Of a DNA stretch of 64,000 nucleotides, positions 39,782 through 52,311 are shown piece by piece (position 1 is the first letter of the stretch; the number at the start of each line of letters is the position of its first letter). The position numbers were made by a program, and so were the translations under genes. The stretch is from Octopus vulgaris (lineage: Eukaryota): contig OX597825.1 of NCBI GenBank assembly GCA_951406725.2, positions 57,350,001 through 57,414,000 on the forward strand, read 5' to 3'. Under the pieces are notes generated by a model. That model saw only the letters and a program-made list of their open reading frames with translations. It searched no databases and was not told the DNA's origin.

Positions 39782-40017
39782 ATCCATCACGGCTGATCTA
39801 CCTACCGGTTTTGCATAAAGAGTATAATGGAGTGTTAAGTAACAATCCAATTATATAACTTTTCATTCATCAGAGTTATCCGATATGGAGAATAGTCGCC
39901 ATATTCCCTTCCATATTGGCTAAATCTGATGAACGTAAAGTTATATAATCGGATTGTTACTTAACACTCCATTGTATTCTCCATTGAAACCAATTGGTAA
40001 GATCAGCAGTGATAGAT
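39782..40017. repeat. ~235-bp imperfect foldback hairpin
   Basis: AATGGAGTGTTAAGTAACAATCC(A/G)ATTATATAACTTT..TTCATCAGA mirrored around ~39897. Confidence 0.85.
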
Positions 40018-40038
40018 ATTTAAAAATTATTATACAAT

Positions 40039-40083
<45 letters not shown>

Positions 40084-40300
40084 ATGTATATATATACATA
40101 ATGTCATGTATGTATATAAATACATATATATACATAATGCCATGTATGTTCTTGTTTTAAGATATGCATACTACATGCCTGACGTTGGCGCCAGGAAGGG
40201 AAACCGGTCATAAAACCCGAAAAACACCCCTCCAAAAAGTCTCGTTCAACCCAGGCCAACACGGAAAGGGGCCGCTAAAACGACAATGACAATAATGATG

Positions 40301-40342
<42 letters not shown>

Positions 40343-42046
40343 TGTGTATGTGTGTGTGTACACACACATATATATGGTGTTGCGCCCAAAAACCGTAGTT
40401 TCTTTAGATATACATGTTTCAGTCATCGTACATTACGATTCTGTACACCTGAATAATTACATAATTACACATGTAAATCATGTAAATTAGCGAGAAAATG
40501 AACGACTGAATCAGCATGTATATATATATACACACATATATGCTCTGCACAATGTATCGAGGGATATTCTCTTTCATTTGTATATCACAACCAACTACTT
40601 ATAGAAAAAATACTTTGGATATCTTCTATATGTAAAAACGATGGAAATATCACAATTAGAACGATTTTGATCAAAGGTGTTCTCGTTCAGAGGCCGGTTT
40701 GATCTGTGTCGGGTATTGTTAAAATTTTTTTCTGTATGAGAACTAAAAAGATCCGTAAAGTAACTGAAATGAAAGTACGTTAATGTAAAACAATAAAGAA
40801 ATTAAGTTGATTAAAAGTTAAAATTCAACAGAACGGACACGTAGAGTACAAATGAAACTATCTTTTTTTTTTGTTTTTTGAAAATAAAAAATTATTATGA
40901 TAATAGTCATTTCAATTATTGTTTCAAGGCCGTGTTATCGAGCAAAGTTATTGAAGTTGATTTAATCGGCTATACTTTTACACAACATTCATATTCATTT
41001 TTGTTGTTGTTGCTTAGCCTACAAGTTAGTTCATATGATCAAAGGCATTACAATCGTGACCATCCTGACTTTATGTATATCAAAACTTATATTATCTTAT
41101 GTATCTATTTTAAACGATAGTGTGATTTGAGAGATATTTGGCTACTATTTCTAGCGTGTCGTGCGACCGGTTAGACGCCGTCTAGTTTGCTATCTACTAA
41201 TGTGACCAATTACGAAGACCGGGTGTTTGGATAAACTTGTGTATACACATTCCTAGCCGATTACATCTGTTAATCCGCCTGTCTGTCTGTGTCTCTCTCT
41301 AGGTTTTCCCCCAGGGACACTATATCAAACGAATTAAAACAATGAGCCATCGCGAGAATATGTGATCGCTCGAATTTCAAGAAATAGCAGCCAAATTTGA
41401 TTTTTCTCAAATGACACTTTTAAAAAATGATGTTATGGTCACCATTGGAATGACTTTGATGATAGGTCTGCCCGATCAGGGCTGGCTTGGGACCGAACAA
41501 CAAGTTTCAGTTTAAGTTTCCTTTGTTTTATCTATTTTTTTTTTAAAAACTCGTATTTCATTTGATGTTTCCTCACTATTTGAAGACTAGACAAGTGAGA
41601 GTTGTCAACAGTTTCAATTAAGTACTATCAACAAACGGAACCTCTACGTGGAATGATCGATCTCTTAGAAATAGCAGACTAAATCTCCCTCAAATCACAC
41701 CCTACCCGTCTTAAAGTATGGATGCATACAACAAACAAATATAGTCCCTGATATACAGTGATAGGATGGTCACGATTAGAAAGCTTTTCATCATAACTCC
41801 TGGGTCAATGTAAAAACAACAATAAACTATTACTGCAACGAAAGGGGCATCTATCCTCCTCACTGAATCTTACACTTAAAAATGAAAATAGTAATGTAGT
41901 ACTTAGTAAACTATGATAGGATAGTCAAAGCTGGGACATTTTTGATCATAAGTCTGCTCTATTAGGGCTGATCCTGGGGACAGACACGGCTCAAACAACA
42001 ATAACAAGAAGAATGCAATGAAAGGTGATGTGAATAAACAACTTAC

Positions 42047-42075
42047 TCACTACTGTTCTTTCTCGGCTCTGTCAT
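42047..42075 (-). CDS. Candidate first coding exon (MTEPRKNSS)
   Basis: ATGACAGAGCCGAGAAAGAACAGTAGTGA|GTAAGT. Perfect donor; phase 2 matches the 10757 acceptor; unique sequence context. Confidence 0.35.
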
Positions 42076-42127
42076 ATCTCCAATGAAAAAATATACATTG
42101 GGACAAAATGTGACAAGGTACTCGCTC

Positions 42128-42135
42128 TGACGTCA
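42128..42135. promoter_or_regulatory. Palindromic CRE/ATF site TGACGTCA
   Basis: Exact consensus ~53 bp upstream (minus sense) of the candidate ATG, in repeat-free DNA. Confidence 0.35.
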
Positions 42136-43971
42136 CACACACATACAAACTAACTCTTCCTCACTCTCCCTACTACCACAACTTTTTCTCCTACTACAAC
42201 TTTTTTCTCCTCCCCTCCGTCACTTCCTTCATCGGTCAACATGACTTGCTGTTATTTATTTTGTTTTGTCCATCTTTTGTATTGTTGTTATTAGTATTTT
42301 TCACAATGGTAGGAGAAGCGAGACAGAGAGAGAATGGGAGAGGAAGAGACCGTAAAGTTTTTTGTTTATTTTATTTTTTTTCAAATTTGTTTCAGATGAA
42401 AAAAAAAAAAATAAAGCAAAACACTTTGATATTTAAATCAAAATACTTCTGTAAAACTCTTGTCTGTTGTTATCTATAAGTATCATTATGACTTATTCTT
42501 TTCTCATACTGTAGATTTTAAAATTTTATTTCACAGAGGACGAAACTTGTAAAAGTTTTTTTTTTCTTTCTTTCGCATAAAACAGCGGCAACAACAAATA
42601 CTTTCTCTGCATATCCAGACAGGGAGGTAGATTTGAGCTTAAAAAAAGAAAGAAAAGAAGCTAATTTAATATTGCAGCATCTATTTAGTTCAGCCTCTTT
42701 ACGTTCCCAGTTCAAATCTTGCTTTAGACTTTTCTTCAATGTTCGATAAATCCAATACCAGTAATATATTCTCGATTTAATCGCCTAGCATAGGTGGGTG
42801 GAGCACAAAGAAAGTTTTTATTGCATTTTTGACTTTGAGGAATTTTTTTTTTTTACAAATGTTCACTACCTTACAAAAATTATATCAGCTAATCAAATGG
42901 CTTTCTCTAAATGTATTAAATATATTATACCATATTCAGAACACTATTCCAGAGAATTATCACCATTCTCTTTGAAAGACAAATTTAGCTGGGGCAAAAT
43001 AAGGTAAATTTGCCTCTTCAATTCTCCAGAATTACATTTGAAAACAGACTTATACACATCACTATCCATCCTTAGGCAGCAGAAGGATCAGAAATGTTAC
43101 AAAAATTTAAAATATCTTGGTCGAATGAAAGAGGATTATGGAAAAAGGCAGATTGATATGAAATGAAGGAAATTTGACAAAGTCAAAAAAACTCAACATA
43201 AAATGTTCTCTATAACTTTTTCACAACCTGCTGGAGTGGCTCTCTTCCCACTATATTTATGCACCAAGCAGTTAAAGAGAAGAATCTACTGAAATTAGTC
43301 ACAATTCATTTTACCTCATCTTAGATATCATTTTTTTGAAAATTGAAAATGATCAAATTAGACATTAGTGCGGGAGGTAAAATTGACTTGTAATCCAAGA
43401 AAGAAAAGAATACTGATTGTTAAGCACCAAAGATAATCCACATTTGTTATCAGCAACCTCAATTACAATCGGGTCAAAATTGAAGAAAAATTTCTTGAAA
43501 AGTACCTGTCACCTGACCATGTTCCAAATTCTCAACTTCAACAACAACTACATGCTAACCAATTTTTAGTCCTAAAGATGATGCAACATTACAAAATGAT
43601 GCAATACTTGCAGTATAATGATGTCAAACAGGTAGGGATAAAATAAAAAATCGGAAATAACTCCTTTTACTCCTGTTACCAATTTTGCTCCTCCCCACCA
43701 TCCTTTTCCATAAAAATCTGTGGTGTTGTGCTATTGTGCCAATGTTAGAAATCATAATTATATTAATCTGGTTCAGGTACCTAGAGAGTAGGATGTGTGA
43801 CAGAGATCGTAAGAGTATTGGGGAAAAGGCCTCACAGTATTTAGTTTTCATCTCTATGTTCTGAGTTTCAAATCCATTTGAAGTTGACTTTGTTATCCTT
43901 CCTTCTGAGCCAACAATCAAGAAAAAGGGGCATCAATTTTATGCATCTCTGATCTTTTTCTTACATTACAA

Positions 43972-44187
43972 CAGTGGCATAGCCAGAGTTTATACCACCC
44001 AGAGCAGCCCTTGAATATGCCTCTCAGCCAGGCCCTCAAGCCGACACTAGCTTATACACTAGGCCTTAAAGTGCTTCCCATAAAGGTGTCCTGCAGTATG
44101 GACTGCTCCTTGCCCTTCATTGCTCTGCTACAGCATTGCAAATCCTTAAGAATGGACTGCCTCTTGCTCCTCCTAGCTATGCTACTG
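43972..44187. mobile_element. hAT-type MITE
   Basis: TIRs CAGTGGCATAGCCAG / CTAGCTATGCTACTG, with a perfect 8-bp TSD CATTACAA on both sides. Confidence 0.85.
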
Positions 44188-44426
44188 CATTACAAATCCT
44201 TAAAGCTGTAGGCTGAAATATCCTTGATTATTTTATGTAGTTTTTGTGTTCTAAATTCAAATCATTCTGGGGTTAGCCTTGTTTTACATCTTTCCAGGGT
44301 GGGCGGGAGATAATATAATCAGTCCTAGTCAAGCAATGGGGTTTATGAAATTGGCTTATCTGTTCTGTTTCCACTTACAAATTAGCTGTTTTGTTGGAAA
44401 TCACTGGCTTCATTTCTATATATATA

Positions 44427-46405
44427 TAGTGGTGGGCACAACTAACTAAAAAGTTAACTTCACTAACCACTAATTCGTTAACTAAAAAAGATAGCTTTGC
44501 AAATGCTAAACCGCTAAACAGATAAAAAGAATTAAGAGAAGCTAACGCTAACTGATAACTTTTATCATATGAATTTAGTTTTGGTTTGGTGTTTTGACTC
44601 TAAAACCTTTAAAAACAGATCTGAAATATTCATGTTGTAGCTTAGACATAGATCTTTGCAAAAAGGCATAGCATGCCAAGATCAGATGAGGATCAAGGTG
44701 TATGCAAATGATTCAATGAACAAATGAAATTAAGCATTAGTTTTTCAGTCATCATTTGACTGTTAAATGAATCTAAATGGTATAGTATAGCATAGGTATC
44801 ATGCCAAGATCAGATGATAGTCAAGGTGTACTACTCTGGCTGGGCCTTCTCTGTTGCCTCGAGGTGATGCTGGTTGCCCTTCATAAATATCAGCCTCTCA
44901 AAGCTACCATCTGACAGGGTGGCTCTCTTGGCCCTCAAAATATCTTAGCATGTACAGAATAGGTGCTCAACTGCAGCACTGGATGGGATGGTAGTGTTAT
45001 ACTTGGGTGAACAGGTTGATCAAGACCTGCTTACCCAAAAAGGCAACTTCAGTCAGGATCTCTTTTGAGACAACCTTTAGCCAGGTCTTCATCAAGTTCT
45101 GCACCTTGGGTTTCAGTGACCTGTGGCTCCTGGTCTCCCAGAAGCAAGTGATGTTGCTGAAGAAATCATCTTCCTCATCCTCATTGCTGGTGGTGCTACT
45201 GCCCTCCTGACTGGTTTCATTTAGGGTTGTCTCTACGACGGTCTCCATTGCATTCGTTACTCTGCTAACCTGGCTGTTATTATACTGTTCCAGCCAGAAC
45301 AGGTGAAACTAGGTATGGAAAGCAGTGGCCAGCTGGCACTCCAGCCCAAACCTTTGCCTGATGCCTGCCAGTATCGCGTCTATCAGAGGACTGTTGTACA
45401 GGAGATGTTTGAACTTAGCCTCCTTCAGCTTCATGATGGTAGCTGCTACAATTGGTAGAAGGTTCCTGAGATAGGCCTAGTCCTCCCACTCGATTTTATC
45501 CAAAGCCTTGGCAACATTAGACATCACCTAGGCATACTCTGTCAGGAAGCTGACTTCGGAATCAGCAAAGGTCTGCAGCTTCAGCTGTGTCATCACCTTG
45601 TAGACAGCTTCCCTATTCTTCTCCAGTAGCTTGTTGAGGACAACAACAGGGTCATAGGTAGAGTTCCACCTGGTGCTGTTGGGGACCACCAGCCCCCTTC
45701 TCAACACATTCAGAATGCTGTCTGCTACCATCATGCTGCAGCTCTGCAGATTCCACAGCTGCTGTGCCTTGGACATGGCCTTCCTGTAGGCTGATTGGAA
45801 CAAAGTGCTGTCAAGAGCCTTGTTGGCATCCATGCTGGCTTCCAAGTTGAAAGTATTGGCTGTGCACTTCATGTGCACTGGCAGGTTTAGCCCCAGGTCA
45901 CTGGACCCATCAATGATGGTATCAACAGAGATATACTCAACTTTGTCCAGATCCCCAGCCTCAGGATCCATGTCCAGGTTCACATCCTCAACGTACTCCA
46001 CATCCGGATTGGCAGCAGCATCAAGAATGTCAAGAGTTCAACTTCTGTACCAAACTGCATAAATGCCTTAACAAAGTTTTTGCCATTGCCTGTCATGGTC
46101 CTGGTCTCTTGTCATGCAAATGGAACTTGTAATGGGTGTCCACCATGGCCTGGGTGAAAACATCAAAGGTGTGATGTCGTCTGAGCTGAGAGAAGGCCAG
46201 GATGGCTTGTTATTTGGTGTGGGTCTTGGGGTGCAGCCAGTGTGCCCTCATCCTCAGGTAGGACCTGTTGTAGGCCGAACAACAGTCCATGGTGGTCACC
46301 ACCCAGGGGACATCTTTGAGCAATCTGTACTTAAAAAATGTTAAACTGCAAAAAGACAATTTGTAAAGTTAAAAACCTAAAATTATATATATATATATAT
46401 ATACA

Positions 46406-46479
<74 letters not shown>

Positions 46480-48136
46480 AATCAAGGTGGCTAGCAGCAA
46501 TTTAAACCTAACAAGGAAATAATTCACAGTCACTATATATAAAGTGACGCAAAGTATGATCAAGGCCTACTAAAAAAAACCAAAACTAGCTTCTCATCCA
46601 CATCTCCATGCAAGCTGCAATGGTTTTTGTGAGCACATGGTTTGTACAATTTTTGTGGGTAGGAAGAAGGCAGGACATTTGATTGCAGTATCTTACAATC
46701 ATATTTTGTTTATAGAAATCATACGTTGTGGTTTGACATTTGTTACTTAGCTGTTCTAAATTCATGGAGATATTGCTTATAATTCAAAGCCTTGTTATTA
46801 AACTTTTGAAAATAGTGACACAATCTTGATAGGTGACACTTTGTAGTGGTGGTGGTGGTGGTGGGGATAAATAATTGAGATGAGGGATGGAATGAAGTCA
46901 GAATTTGATAAGTTCAGAATTTAAGGTTCGTTTATTCATTATTTCATTGAAGACTGCTGTTTTGGCTGTGCAGACTTAATCACATTTATTTCAATTAGCT
47001 ATTATACATTTTATTACATTATTTAAGAGAATAATTATTTAATAAATAATCAAATTAAATTAAGAGAATATGAAGTATGCCATCATAATTAATAATCTTG
47101 TATAATTTTAATTTGTAAATACCTTGTAAAATACTGCTCCAGCTGTTTATGGCTGGCCAAGATCATCCTTCCCAGTGTGCGGCGGAACATCGACATCTTG
47201 CTGGGGTTCAGCGTATTGATCAGACTGATCAAAGTGGAGGATTCCACTACATGCAGCTGTAGCATGTTTTCGAAAAACAGGTCAACAATCCTTCTGTCCA
47301 CCATAAACTAACAGACGCCAGTGTCAGCAGTTTGGCCAAATGCCTCGCCAATGCTGAGCTGGCATGCTTTCTTTGCACATGGCTGTGATGACTGGCTACC
47401 AGAAGATTGCTTGTGTTTCCCATGGGAAGAGCCAACCTTGATCCTCACCTCAGACTGGATGGCATGCACTGGGTGTTTCCTTTTGACATGCAACTTTGAG
47501 TTGTAGATGCTCGCCCCTTGTCCTTTGATGGTGATCTCCTTGGGTTGGCATGTAACACACCTGAAGTACAGGATTTTGGTGTTCCTCTTATCCTTTGACA
47601 TACGGATAAAGAAGTTCTCCAGGTGGGGCCACAGGTTCTGAGACTACTGGCTCTCAACCTGATTGACCTCTGACTCACCCACAGCCATTGCAGACTCCTC
47701 AATAGGCTCTTCATCCTCAGACCAAACAAAAACATCTTCACCTTCCATAATGATAAGCGATAACTTGATAAGCTGATAACATACACTGCTGTCACTGACA
47801 CTGTAAGACTGTCTATAATGGGACAACAACGTAAGTGAACACAACTCAGCGCTGCAGAATTACACAATGCTGCTCAGCTAGCTGCTGCTGTGTCATCCAA
47901 TCATGTCTTGTCATATGTACATGTAGTCAGCCAATAGCATGCCTGACGGACTCTTTGAGGCATAGCCACAACAGACAGAAACAAATGTATGAGTTTTGTT
48001 TGTGAACTTAAAGTTAGCAAGAAGCTAATTGGTCAACTAACAGTTTCCAAAGTTAGCAGAAGCGCTAATCTGCTAAATGAAAAGTTAGGTTTGCTAATTA
48101 GCTGTTAGCAGATTAGCAGAACTGTGCCCACCACTG
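44427..48136 (-). mobile_element. Full-length hAT (Ac/ZBED-like) transposon with a decayed transposase
   Basis: TIR (T/C)AGTGGTGGGCACA, subterminal GCTAA repeats, TSD-like TATATATA/TATATGTA. BED finger CVTC...HVKRKH, KCTANTFNL, STRWNSTY and C-terminal IPSSAAVE. Confidence 0.92.
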
Positions 48137-48155
48137 TATATGTATATGTATACAC

Positions 48156-48186
<31 letters not shown>

Positions 48187-48200
48187 TATATATATACACA

Positions 48201-49611
48201 CAGATATGCAGGAAATAGACACCTTTAATTTTCAAAATCTTTTATTTAATATGCAAAGTGAACAATCGTAATGTAATCAATAGGTAGGACTACATACTTT
48301 AGTATTTAGTTGACATTCCCTTTGCAGTTTTTAATTCAGAAACTCTTTTGGGCATTGAAAAGTTGAGCTTTATGATTGTCTCTTGTGGAATTTCTGCCCA
48401 CTTTTCATGCAACAATCGAAACAATTCATCTCTAGATTTAGGTTTCTGTTGAGTTTTCCGTATAGCTCTATCTAGTATGCTCAAAAGATTTTCAATTGGG
48501 TTCATGTCAGGAGATAGGCTCGGCCAAGGAAGCTTTTTGATCCCATTTTCAGTCAACCATTGTTGATTCCTTTTCACTGTGTGGCATGGAGCCCCATCTT
48601 CCATGAATAAAAACTCATTTTTCATTATGTTATCATGTGAATACATCGGAAGTAGTCCTTGCTTAAGTATTTTGGTGTATTTTTCAGAGTTTATGGTTCC
48701 AACACATTCGATCAGCTCAGAACGGCCATTGCTGGTGACAGCTCCCCATACCATTACAGAGATACCGCCATGTTTCACAGTTGGTTGGAATCATTTCAAA
48801 TCAAATTCTTGATTGGGAAGCCTCCAGACCCAAGCACGTCCACTGTCTGAAAATAATGCAAATCTGGATTCATCTGAGAAAATCACCCTATCCCAAAATG
48901 AACTGAAATTTTCTGACATCTCCTTAGCCCATTTCTTTCTTTTCATGATATTAATTGGTTGAAGGAGAGGTTTTCTTCTAGCTGCTCGTCTATAATACCC
49001 AAGCTTATGCAGATATGTAACACACATTCTTGGACTAACTTCTAGCTGTTTTGCAATGTCAGAAGCCTTCGAATGGGGTTCGTTTTCCACAATTCTCTTC
49101 AAACAGCAAAGCTTCCTTTCTGAGGGCCTAGGTCAGCCAGGATGAGAATCTGTTGATTCTTTTCCTTGGCTTTTGAATTGCACTATAATTCTATTAACAG
49201 TAGCAAGACGAATTTGAAGATTTTCAGCAATTTTTCGCTGGCTAAGACCAGCCTCAGATTGCCCAACAATATAATCTCTTTGAAAATCTGACAGTTGTGC
49301 TGAATGTTTTGCATGTGGCATGGTTCCACATGATGGTCTCTTGTGGAATTTCTGCCCACTTTTCATGCAACAATCGAAATAATTCATCTCTAGATTTAGG
49401 TTTCTGTTGAGTTTTCCGTATAGCTCTATCTAGTATGCTCAAAAGATTTTCAATTGGGTTCATGTCAGGAGATAGGCTCGGCAAATGTTTAATATAATGG
49501 CACCTGGAATGAAAAAGAATAATTACATCGTAAATTCTACACCGCTGAAAACATATTAAGACACTTAGATAAGAAATTTTGAAAATTAAAGGTGTCTATT
49601 TACTTCCTGCA

Positions 49612-49617
<6 letters not shown>
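48201..49617 (-). mobile_element. Tc1 (DD34E) transposon
   Basis: TIRs CAGA(T/C)ATGCAGGAA(GTAA)ATAGACACCTTTAATTTTCAAAAT at both ends. Confidence 0.92.
48299..49321 (-). pseudogene. Tc1 transposase, 341 codons in one frame with two internal TGA stops
   Basis: MPHAKHSAQLSDFQR (paired-like HTH), [44 protein letters not shown]. The three track ORFs are in frame. Confidence 0.93.
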
Positions 49618-49666
<49 letters not shown>

Positions 49667-50080
49667 ATATATGCGCGCGCACACACACACACACACACAC
49701 ATACAGACATGCAGGAAGTAAATAGACACCTTTAATTTCCAAAATTTCTGATCTCTGTATGTGTGTGTGTGTATGTAAATACGCGTGCGCGTGCGTGCAC
49801 ACACATACACTGGATATGAGTTATTTTCGTCACGATGACTCAAACTAATAGGTATGCGATCTGAGTGCTCAAATAGGTGTGCTATTATATATATATATAT
49901 AATTACTATGTGTGTGTATGTGTGTATGCATGTGTGTGTATGTATATGTGTGTGTGTATATATATTTATCATTTCAGTATATGTAAACCCTCACACTTTG
50001 TGTATCTTTGTATTGTCACCCACATCCTTTGCCCCAGTGGAAAATAAAAGAAATCATTATTGTTATTGTAATTATTATTA

Positions 50081-51325
50081 AGGTAGCAAGCTGGCAGAAT
50101 TGTTAGCCACCCCAACTTTCCTCCAAGATAAAATGCTTAGCAGCATTTTGTCCATCTTTATGTTCTGAGTTCAAATTCCACTGAGGTTGACTTTGCCTTT
50201 CATCTTTTTGGAATCAATAAAATAAGTACCAGTTGAGCATTAGGGTTGATGTAACTGACTTAGCCCCTTCCCTTTAACTGCTGGCCTTGTGCCAAAATTG
50301 GAAACAATTATTATTGTTGTTATTGTTATTACTGGAGGTTATTGTTATTACCTCCAGTCAGATATTAGAGTCAATGTAATTGTCTTGCCCCCTCTCCTCA
50401 AAATTGCTGGCTTTATACCAGAATTAGTAAGAATTATGAGCTGGCAGTCATTAGTGATTTGGACAAAACATCTCTTCTTGCTCTTGACCCTCGGAGTTCA
50501 AACCCTCCTGAGGTTAAGTTTGTCTCTCATCTTTTTAGGTTTGATAAAATAAGGAATGAGACAAGTGCTGGGGGTCACTTGTCCTGACTGATCCCCAGCT
50601 CTCCTTAGAATTGTTGTCTTTGTACCTAAATCAGAAACAATTATCATCGTTATTAATGTTGCAAGTTTACAGAATCATTAATTAGCACACTGGACAAACT
50701 TTTTCATGGCATTTTTCTTGGCTCTTTACTTTTTGAGTTTAACATATTAGCATTTAAACCAGCCATATCCAGCCAAAATATTGTACCTGTTTCATGTACA
50801 CACTGGCCAGATTCAGCTTTTTCAACCTGCCCTACAATGTCATTCTAAAAATAAACAATCACATCATTGAAATCTCAAAGCTATGAGACATTGCATGATT
50901 AATTCTAATCAATGTGAATGAATAAGAATTACATTTGACAGATTAATCTGAACGCTAAAGGATTAAAGTTCTGCTGAGTTGACTGTGTTTTTCACTCTTT
51001 CAGAGTTAGTAAAATTAGTTCCAGTTGAGCACTGGTCTCAACTGAACCTCCACTCTCCTAAAAAGAAAAGAAAAAGATTACTGGCCTTGTGGCGAAATTT
51101 GAAACCATTATTATTAAGACAGAAAACTGGCTGAGTTGCAGGTGCATCAGACAAAGTGCCATGTAGCATTTCTTCCAGTTCTTTACATTCAGAACTTAGA
51201 TCTCACCAAGGTTAACTTTGTTCTCATCCTTTCAGGGTCAATAAAATAAAGTGCCAGTGACGTACTAGTGTCAATGCATTCAACTTATCTCCAACCCTTA
51301 AACTTACTGATCTTGTGCCATCAAA
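50081..51325 (+). repeat. Head-to-tail cluster of about five decayed family C SINE copies
   Basis: Recurring GAGGTT(G)ACTTTG..TCATC..ATAAAATAAG..CAG and TGGCCTTGTGCCAAAATT units, with a MITE nested at ~50739-50966. Confidence 0.7.
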
Positions 51326-51767
51326 GAAAGAATTACCATTACTATTATTTTTCATTTCAATGGACATGTTTCTTTTTACTTTTGCTATAAAGACATTTTT
51401 TAAAATCTGGATTTGTTACTTACGTGTTTGCAAAGCAAGTTTTTATTTTACTTGACCTTTGCCAACTCCCAACCCAGCCAAAACTCTTTCTTTATTGATA
51501 GTTTGAACTTATCCTAACAAACATGCATTCTTATCTACCCCCAACCAACTCAAAACTTGTTAACAGGTGCTTTTAGATGCATGACACAGCATTACAAGCA
51601 ATAGCAGGTGGGTAGGGCCATGTCATAATCTAAGCCCATAAAGCTAGCAATTTTCTTTGTCTGGAGAAGAAACCAAACTATTTTTCGTGTTTTCTTACTT
51701 TTTAATTATATCTTATTTTAATCATTGTGTTTTATCATCATTTTTATTTATTTTTGTATTACTACTT

Positions 51768-52145
51768 ACTCTTTTTTTGCTCTTTTTACTTGTTTCAGTC
51801 ATGTGACTGTGGCCATGCTGGAGCACTGCCTTTAGTTGAGGAAATCGACCCCAGGACTTACTTTTTGTAAGCCTAGTACTTATTCTATCGGTCTCTTTAC
51901 ACCAGCATCGGTTGTCAAGCGATGTTGAGGGGACAAACTCAGACACACAAACATATACATACACTTACATATATATGCATATACATGTATATAATGGGCT
52001 TCTTCAGTTTCTTTCTACCAAATCCACTCACAAGGCTTTGGTCAGCCCGAGGCTATAGTAGAAGACACTTGCCCACACAGTGGGACTGAACCCGGAACCA
52101 TGAGGTTTGTAAGCAAGTTACTTACCACACAGCCACTCCCATGCC
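51768..52145 (-). mobile_element. SINE family A (internal deletion)
   Basis: Consensus match lacking ~30 bp. Confidence 0.88.
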
Positions 52146-52311
52146 TACACTACTACTTATATAAATATTTAACTTAACTTTAATTGTATAACGTATTTCG
52201 TCCCTTTTTTCATTATTATATAACTCTTTAATACTAGCCTGCAAGTTTGTCTTACCCCCATATAGCATTCATCTTCAGTTAATAAAGTAAAGATTCTCCT
52301 CCTCCTCCTGT

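Noticed and set aside
48791-49135. Selenocysteine or editing read-through of the Tc1 TGA codons
   Set aside because: The positions fit Arg (CGA) rather than Cys or Trp; CpG decay is simpler.
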